Below, piece after piece: positions 32,101-37,456 of a stretch of 37,456 nucleotides of DNA (within the stretch, counting starts at the first letter, position 1; every line of letters starts with the position of its first letter). The position numbers were made by a program, and so were the translations under genes. This DNA comes from Trichodelitschia bisporula. Taxonomy: Eukaryota. The notes below the pieces were generated by a model. It was not told the DNA's origin and did not search any database. It worked only from the letters and a program-made list of their open reading frames with translations. The DNA is taken from positions 216,455 through 253,910 of the forward strand of contig ML996710.1 of the NCBI GenBank assembly GCA_010356995.1. Direction: 5' to 3'.

Positions 32101-32358
32101 CGTGGGGCAATTGGTGGTCTTCCTGATGGGGCTAATCGGCTTGGCTTCGGATTTCTTGCGGGCGACGGTGGGAATAACGACGGATGGCTCGGGCTCTTCC
32201 ATAGAGATGCCCGTGGGAATAGAAGTGGTTGGCCCGGGATCGGGCTCGGAGTCAGACTCCGCAGGAAATGCCCTGGGCAAGAAAATGGACGACCCAGGTT
32301 CAGCTTCGAAGGCCGTGAGCGAACTTTCGGACATATTAGTGTCAGTGTTGGTGTCCAT
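29170..32358 (-). CDS. ADP-ribosylglycohydrolase (ARH/DraG family) domain fused to a long disordered N-terminus with NLS-like basic tracts and CTD-like heptads; about 1062 aa, no introns evident
   Basis: The C-terminal domain has GAMLGMALGDAIG, GRWTDNTE, DIG, AANGSLVR, THADPRC and GGEADTNAAFAGGVLGA, in ARH motif order. The start is placed at ATG 32358 (MDTNTD); the ORF-track extension to 32856 has no coding character. Confidence 0.88.
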   Translation of the reverse strand: MDTNTDTNMSESSLTAFEAEPGSSIFLPRAFPAESDSEPDPGPTTSIPTGISMEEPEPSVVIPTVARKKSEAKPISPIRKTTNCPTYSTKTGPTLDAESDAKAEPESSNAMPKSVRKKSEAKPASPIHKSASRPTHSTKTGPTLDAEAPAGPESKPSKVIPTIVGKKCEAVTSDSAPVRRSARRPAPPVKAAPPPDPDSPLTSPELVKDEEDEYEPPVKKGKGKGKAADKVKAPPKAKEPRPLKEPKPPKEPKAAPKAAPAKPPRPRTTGRPARTKKPDPIFRPAPEPSTDDDSELSDAPPTPETPELKPKKKTTRKKAPDPSFKPSSAEEVEEEVSPGRKRKATTKKGGSKKRVKVEPGTKDAGTETGQRTRRPGVIGPPRSLPVEMEIDESPQPSRPTSPDYGPKSPTKSSPHYNPISPGCDPTSPTRLSPEYNHTSPAYAPTNPTILQRSRGQHPVYTPTVPPIWQYSPVLPTSPAFDPTSPIRALPQFYPSSPAYDPARPTRSLHYPLAITDPGYRGTFPRPKRVQPSSPGYSATAPPYEPLSPAYSPTRRSHPISPWATSYINALEDRVMTLEAAAAASTQAVRFAPQPQSADNSDTDTDSALSDLPSPPSHDPIRRGTSTDPSSASKLHGGAPSERRPSAPLSSEMAAHLSSRMGGAMLGMALGDAIGVYTEWKTAAECRGAYNGEFYLHPKPTRYVPTKSHSRPVVPPGRWTDNTENGICILLAFLARGLDEKAFAKWLHYWGKQGLAILATPLADIGVMTSAIVRPGEYYEQPTERAFAYWLRTGKNAAANGSLVRSPALAALTLDMELNDVFMWQARYSAVTHADPRCIVACAIAGGLMKGLANASIRTAEDIELLVRQVKAWWPNWVRCGGNAAAPKRENAIHLGVDWVEIETVARATEFRQLLLDQSASMRYVLKTLGAGIVAAKKALADLGQFSGGMRERMRGMVFEKYISEIVMCGGEADTNAAFAGGVLGALVGEERLPKHWTKGLVNGEWLWTKTKCAGHVLGCVEGRHGNGGDRDRDLNLEWASGRDIIWWAHRDQREIDHNLAGR
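31860..32190 (-). repeat. 147-bp (49-aa) coding tandem repeat, about 2.2 copies, within the ARH N-terminus
   Basis: RKKSEAKPISPIRK...STKTGPTLDAE and RKKSEAKPASPIHK...STKTGPTLDAE. GATTTCTTGCG recurs 147 bp apart. Confidence 0.9.
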
Positions 32359-33079
32359 GTCGACTGTTTTGGCGATAGTGGGCAAGTTTTGGAAAATGAT
32401 ACTAATATTGCAAGACTCGAGAGGTGGCGGGCGATGAGGAGAACTGAGATACTTGCTGCGTACCTGAGGGCGAGCATATGAACTGGTGGGGACAAACAGG
32501 CGGGGTGGGTGAGACCGGCGAGATGGATCTACGTGCTGAGCATTCCGCAGGTCTTTGCCCATCCGAACCGCATGCGGAATCGTTGCGCCTCTTTCATGTC
32601 TCCAGCTTTTGGTGGCGTCAGGAATTGCACAACAAGGCAAAGTTGCGGTCCATGGTCGCTGTTGGTCTGAATGCGGCGTGTCAACGATGCTCGAGGGGCT
32701 GCGGCGTTGGAGTACCGCGGGATGGAGTGGAGGTCCCCCGCTTGGAATGCTGAAGAAAGTTGCTTCGTGACTTACGGCTGCTGCACCCACACATGGGCTC
32801 CTCAGCGAGAAAATAACAACTGCACGAACATGAGTTTTCCATGATGTCACCGGCATCGGCCCTGGAGGACAGCAGATGAGAGGCGACGGGAACTGTTCTG
32901 TTTCTGGAGAGCGCAGTCGTCAAAGAGCGATCATCACGCAACTGCGAGTTCTCGCGGAGCTGGACGAGCTTTGAGGGAACAAGGACATTCCACCACCAGC
33001 GTCTGATGCCTGATGAAAGCAGTATCAAGAGTGACGTCAACAAGCGGAATTCCTGAGGGACCTTCAACGTCCTCGACGC

Positions 33080-33375
33080 ATGAAGGATAGCCATTGTCGC
33101 TGACAGGTCTAATGGGCCTGGAGTATTTCGACAGTCTTGCGGCTTTGTGGCCGAGTCTCGTCCACAAGTGAATGGCAGCGTCGAACAGCAGTTGGAGGCA
33201 TCTGCAAAGGTATGAGCATCTCGATGGATGAAAGACGGCCATTGTCGCTGACAGGTTCAATGGGCCTGGATGATTTCGGCAGTCCTGGGACTTTGTCCAT
33301 GAGTTTCGTCTACGAGTGAATGGCGGTGTATGCAACGAACAAGAGCTGGAGGCTTCTGCAAAGACATTGAGCATC
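33080..33375. repeat. 148-bp diverged tandem duplication upstream of the ARH gene
   Basis: CCATTGTCGCTGACAGGT...AATGGGCCTGGA...GTGAATGGC...TGGAGGC.TCTGCAAAG...TGAGCATC recurs from 33091 and from 33239. Confidence 0.85.
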
Positions 33376-34105
33376 CTTCATTGTCGACGGCTCTGCTAGC
33401 AGAGATGCAAGGACTCGATGCGCACTCTCCCTGAATGAAGGATAGTTTTTTGTCGTCAGCATATTTGTGCGGTGATCGATTCGGTGCACTCAACTTTCTC
33501 CTTGAGTCGGTGGCCTGAAGTCGATGAAGACTTGGCGGCTAGACGCATGTTCCTGCATTAGCTTCACGCCGTGACACCACGGCTGAGTCGGCCCAGTGAG
33601 CGGCCGAAACGTGGCCCGGTTCCAAGATTGCGAAGAACTGCAAGGTACAGATGTAAACGCATGAGAGGCGAGATCATACGATAACACGCGTGTAAGACTC
33701 CCAGCATCGTCCGTTTGCCTAAACTATTGTTAGACGTAATACATTGTGCTCATCGACTCCCGAGTATTCGTACCGTCGTATCGCACGAAGCCTATTCCCA
33801 CACCCTTATTGGTCGCCGGTGTCGACGTCATTCAATGAGAGCAAGACGCTTCACATGCGGGAGCGACTGTAAAATCTTCAGCTTCAGTAAAAGACCAGGG
33901 AAGAAGAGAGTCGGGATGCCCTCGAGAGCATACCCACGATTCCAGGTATCCCTCTACGCTCCTTCCTCCCATCATGCGCACATTATATCATGTTCCTCCC
34001 CGAGTGTATGCTCCTGCTGACATAACAACGCTCTGACCTCATGTCCGCGTCATCATTCAGCGGACTCACGGCCTGCTAGACGGCGTCAATCTCAATTACG
34101 GAGCC

Positions 34106-34468
34106 CTAGGCCCAGTGTCTGTGACGATGTCGTTCTCTGATATCGACTGAGGCTCCGATATGGCCCTGGTGAAAGCTGTGCTTCTTGGTGGAATTGTCTC
34201 GGAGGTCTTTGTCCGCACGCTCAGGAATGAAGACGGAGGTCAGGCCGTTTATTGAGGCACATTAGCTCCGTTAGAACGCAATGTGAGGGACTTGCCTCTC
34301 GGTGAGCGTCGGACATTCCGGGGTCGCCGCGATAGACAGGATATTCAGATGGTAGTCAGGTTTGAAGCAAGCGGCCTTAAACTGGCACACATAATCAATA
34401 AATGCAGCCTGCATTGCAGCCAGGACCGAGACCTCGAAGGTGATGAGGGCGATGTGGGTGACGGACAT
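34106..34468 (-). pseudogene. Degenerate Dabb (stress-responsive A/B barrel) paralogue
   Basis: MSVTHIALITF...FIDYVCQFKAACFKP...ILSI, then an intron remnant (GCAAGT...GCTAAT...AATAA, with no AG acceptor), then GLTSVFIPERADKDLRDNSTKKHSFHQ, which resembles the Dabb second half. Confidence 0.5.
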
Positions 34469-34946
34469 CTCGGTGATGAGATAGTGGTGTTGATGTAAAG
34501 TGTTGTGTTGAACCGAAGCTGAGTAGTCCTGACGTCAACGGAGTGGTAACGGGAAGGCACGATTTAACGAGCGCCCCGGGACCCGGCCGGCTATAAGCCA
34601 CAGTACTCCAACACCACAGACTCAACGACACAGCTGTGTGCTGCTCGCCGCGCTCCCTCGCATAGAACAGCCGAGAAGAACCATCTGACCACAGAGGTAG
34701 ACTCACAGCCGGTAAAGCCAAACGCGGGAAGACAAGAATCCAGATGCAAAAAATATGCACGGCTTCGACGTGACGATACACCTAACGCCAGAGTTTCAAA
34801 AGCCACCCACCAGCGACGAACGCAAAGAGGAGAACTATAGCACGCGAAGGACAGAAAACGAGACGATAGCCGGCATCACATCCTACTGTCGCCACCGCAA
34901 TATTAGCAACCTAACCATTCCCGCCATCTCAATTCCACTAGTAAAA

Positions 34947-35490
34947 TCAGCACCTCCCTTTAAGCCCAGGCCACAGTCCTACATTCGCGCGTATCCAGCC
35001 CGCATAAAGCGCCGCATCCCTCTGCTCATCCGTAATATGCATCTCGCGGCCATAAGGATCCAATCCCCTCGTGCGGATGAAACAATTCACCTGTATAAAA
35101 GACCCGACGTATATATCCAGCGTGTCCCTATAGACTTCCCAGTAGGCGTCGTCCCGCAGAAAGTACATTAGATCCTGCCTATTTGCGAACCATAGGAAGA
35201 CGATGTCGTGCCCGTCCTGCGTGTTCCTGGTTAGCGCTTGAGAGACATGGAGGCTCGTTGGTCGATATTGCTGCCTATTGTACTTCCAAGATTGGGTATG
35301 ATGGAGGACGTACCCAGCTGCCGGAGATGTGGGGGAGGTTGAGGGCGCGGTTGGCGGCGGTGATGTATGCTTCGCCGACTGAGTTTAGGCATGTGTCTGG
35401 CAAGTCGAGAAATTCTTCCATGATCTCGGCGCGGATGTAGGGCGGCGTGTCGGGCTTGAATTGCAGGAGGAATATAGCGCAGATGGGCAT
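34947..35490 (-). CDS. Dabb-family stress-responsive A/B barrel protein; exons 35490-35314 and 35216-34947
   Basis: MPICAIFLLQFKPDTPPYIRAEIMEEFLDLPDTCLNSVGEAYI...W|DGHDIVFLWFANRQDLMYFLRDDAYWEVYRDTLDIYVGSFIQVNCF follows the Dabb pattern. The phase-0 intron 35217-35313 reads GTACGT...GCTAAC...CAG. Confidence 0.7.
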
Positions 35491-35844
35491 TGTTGATGGT
35501 GGGAGTGAGTCACTCGGAGGTGTTATTGATGGTCTTGCAACGGGGATTGGGACTTCAGTGCGCGTGATGGCTCGTGTGATTCGGAGGAGTGGTAAGCGTA
35601 CGACAATGGTTGAGTGGGAGGACACCTGGGAATGACAATGCAAGGCAGCGAGAAGAATCGGATGCGATGATGCTTGCGAGGCCAAACCTTCGCGAGAGTA
35701 AGCAGTAGTAGCAAAAGCAGAAGCTGGTCGCGAGGAAGGAACACTAGGGTATAGACATTAAACATTGGGCGAGAATGAAGGAACAAGGAGAGGAAAGGGA
35801 ATGAAAGCCAAAAGACGACGCCAAAGCTAAAGACGATGAAGCCG

Positions 35845-37086
35845 CTACACCCGCGTCGCAGGACTCTCGTCCGCATCACCACTTCCCGCCGCGGGCCGCC
35901 TACCACCCCCACCCCCACTCCCATTGCTCTTTCCCTTCGGCTTCTTGTCTTCATCCACATCGTCATCTTCCTTCTTGTCCTCAACACCATCAACACCACC
36001 ATGCCCCTTCCCCTCTCCCCCACCAGCACTCTTCGCCGACCCGCCTGCACTCGGCGTATCCTCGCCATGATCAAGCAACAAGTCCTCCTCGTCCGTGACC
36101 TTCTCCTTGCCCTTGCCTTTCTCGCCCGCCGTCTTGTCGCCCTCATTGACCTCCTCGTCCGTCTCCTTCTTGGATTCTTCCCTCGGCTCCTCCTTAAGCT
36201 CGTCCTTCGGTGCTTCCTTCGGCTCTTCCTTCGGTGCTTCCTTCGGCTTTGGCGGCGCAGAAGCAGGACTCACGTCCGGATCTTGCATGGCGACGGGCGC
36301 GGGCGTGACGGTACCGGTGCCTGACGGGCCAGCCACGGGAGCACTCGCAGCCGGCTGTTCGGTGATAGCCGGCAGGTCGGCGTGTGGCCCAGGCCGCGCG
36401 CGCAAGGTGGCAGAGCCACCATCCCCCGTCGCATTCATATACATATCCGCTACACCCATTAGCCCCTCCCCAGCCAAAAATAAAAGCCCCCAACCACCCA
36501 GCGAACACTTACGATCATTCATAGTATTACTCCTCACCGCCTTATCATAAAGCCTCGTCAACCTCGCCACCTCACTCCTCACACTCACACTATCATCAAT
36601 CGCAACCTCATCATACCCATGCACGCCATAGCGAATCCCCTTCCACATCGTCTCGCTGTTCTCAATCTCATCCACCACGCGATCCAAATCATCCCTGAAA
36701 TGCCGCGCCCGCATGGGCTGCCCGCGGCTCTTGAGATACGCCACCAGTCCCGCGATCACCGTGTTCAGCGCCCCGAATATCGTAATAAGGATATGTGAAC
36801 TAGCGCTCGCGCCCAGCGCCGTCAGCGCGGCGCCGAGGACCACTTGTGTCAAAAGTAGCGTGTTGCTTAAAGTGGCCGTGAACATGTAAGTCGCGTTCTG
36901 CGCCCGGCGCCGCCGCACCGCGCGCCCGTAGAGTGTGTTCGGCCCGGGGGAGGGGAGACGTTCAAGGGCGCGCTTGGGCAGGTCTGAGGGGGGGATGCCG
37001 ACGAGGAGGCAGAATTGGTGGTGGATGTTGTCGCGTAGCTCTTGCGGCGAGTAGTACCCGCGCAGCAGCGGCGTTTCTTCGTCCAT
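35845..37086 (-). CDS. SMODS- and SLOG-associating 2TM effector (SLATT_fungal) domain protein with a charged low-complexity tail; exons 37086-36513 and 36449-35845
   Basis: Two TM helices LLLTQVVLGAALTALGAS and ILITIFGALNTVIAGLVAYLKSRGQPMRARHFRDDLDRVVDEIE match the fungal SLATT pattern. A 63-nt intron at 36450-36512 reads GTAAGT...GCTAAT...TAG. Confidence 0.85.
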   Translation of the reverse strand: MDEETPLLRGYYSPQELRDNIHHQFCLLVGIPPSDLPKRALERLPSPGPNTLYGRAVRRRRAQNATYMFTATLSNTLLLTQVVLGAALTALGASASSHILITIFGALNTVIAGLVAYLKSRGQPMRARHFRDDLDRVVDEIENSETMWKGIRYGVHGYDEVAIDDSVSVRSEVARLTRLYDKAVRSNTMNDRKCSLGGWGLLFLAGEGLMGVADMYMNATGDGGSATLRARPGPHADLPAITEQPAASAPVAGPSGTGTVTPAPVAMQDPDVSPASAPPKPKEAPKEEPKEAPKDELKEEPREESKKETDEEVNEGDKTAGEKGKGKEKVTDEEDLLLDHGEDTPSAGGSAKSAGGGEGKGHGGVDGVEDKKEDDDVDEDKKPKGKSNGSGGGGGRRPAAGSGDADESPATRV

Positions 37087-37456
37087 GGCGCGGGCAATGG
37101 GGGTTGAGGAAGGCGAGGGAGGGAGGGGAAAGAGAGGAGGGCATCGTGAGAGCTGAGTTGAAGGAAAGGTGGGGTATAGAAGAAGCAATATGCGCTAGCT
37201 GCAATGGCGTCGTGGTGGGAACACCGTTACGGCGAGGTGGCTGGTTCTCCGCGCGCCGCAATGGTGTCACGCGAGTTCGCGTCAGGTTCGCGCTGCAGGG
37301 ACGCGTCACGACTATGCAGAACGGCATTCACGCGTCAAGACGCGCCATTCTCTACGGTACCGTACAAAAACTGCGCAGACTGTTGGCGGAAGTGCTCAAA
37401 GAATTGTGTGAGAAAAGATTGATTGCCCAGCTTGTTGCCTTCTCTAGTTTACAGAA

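Noticed and set aside
30688..32437. 314-aa and 381-aa plus-strand ORFs
   Set aside because: They are antisense shadows of the low-complexity ARH N-terminus.
32359..32856. N-terminal extension of the 1228-aa ORF
   Set aside because: Its composition looks like UTR or promoter rather than coding sequence. ATG 32358 is preferred, though this is not proven without transcripts.
31860..33375. Link between the 147-bp coding repeat and the 148-bp upstream repeat
   Set aside because: The units share no visible sequence similarity, so the similar period is treated as coincidence.

Overview
GC-rich eukaryotic DNA from a filamentous ascomycete fungus, judged from short GT-AG introns with CTAAC branch points and two intron-containing tRNA genes. 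Intact genes: a dynamin/Mx-like GTPase (runs off the left edge and is missing from the ORF track), an NmrA-like oxidoreductase, a Dal5/Tna1-type MFS transporter, a secreted BBE-like FAD oxidase with unusual insertions, an RTA1-SDR-P450 trio, an ADP-ribosylglycohydrolase (ARH) fusion, a Dabb protein and a fungal SLATT 2TM protein, plus tRNA-His(GTG) and tRNA-Leu(AAG). These alternate with decayed tracts holding pseudogenes: TPR/NLR-like, an orphan NB-ARC-type P-loop, up to three nucleotidyltransferase-fold-like genes (one split by a solo LTR), a C2H2 zinc finger and a second Dabb. The most unusual items are (1) a probably nuclear ARH with about 15 degenerate RNA polymerase II CTD-like heptads and altered metal-binding residues, (2) a FAD oxidase whose predicted signal-peptide and Kex2 cleavages would expose N-terminal histidines and which carries a His/Met-rich tail, and (3) the co-location of several conflict/immunity-type domains. 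All family calls come from motif recognition by eye; no searches were run.
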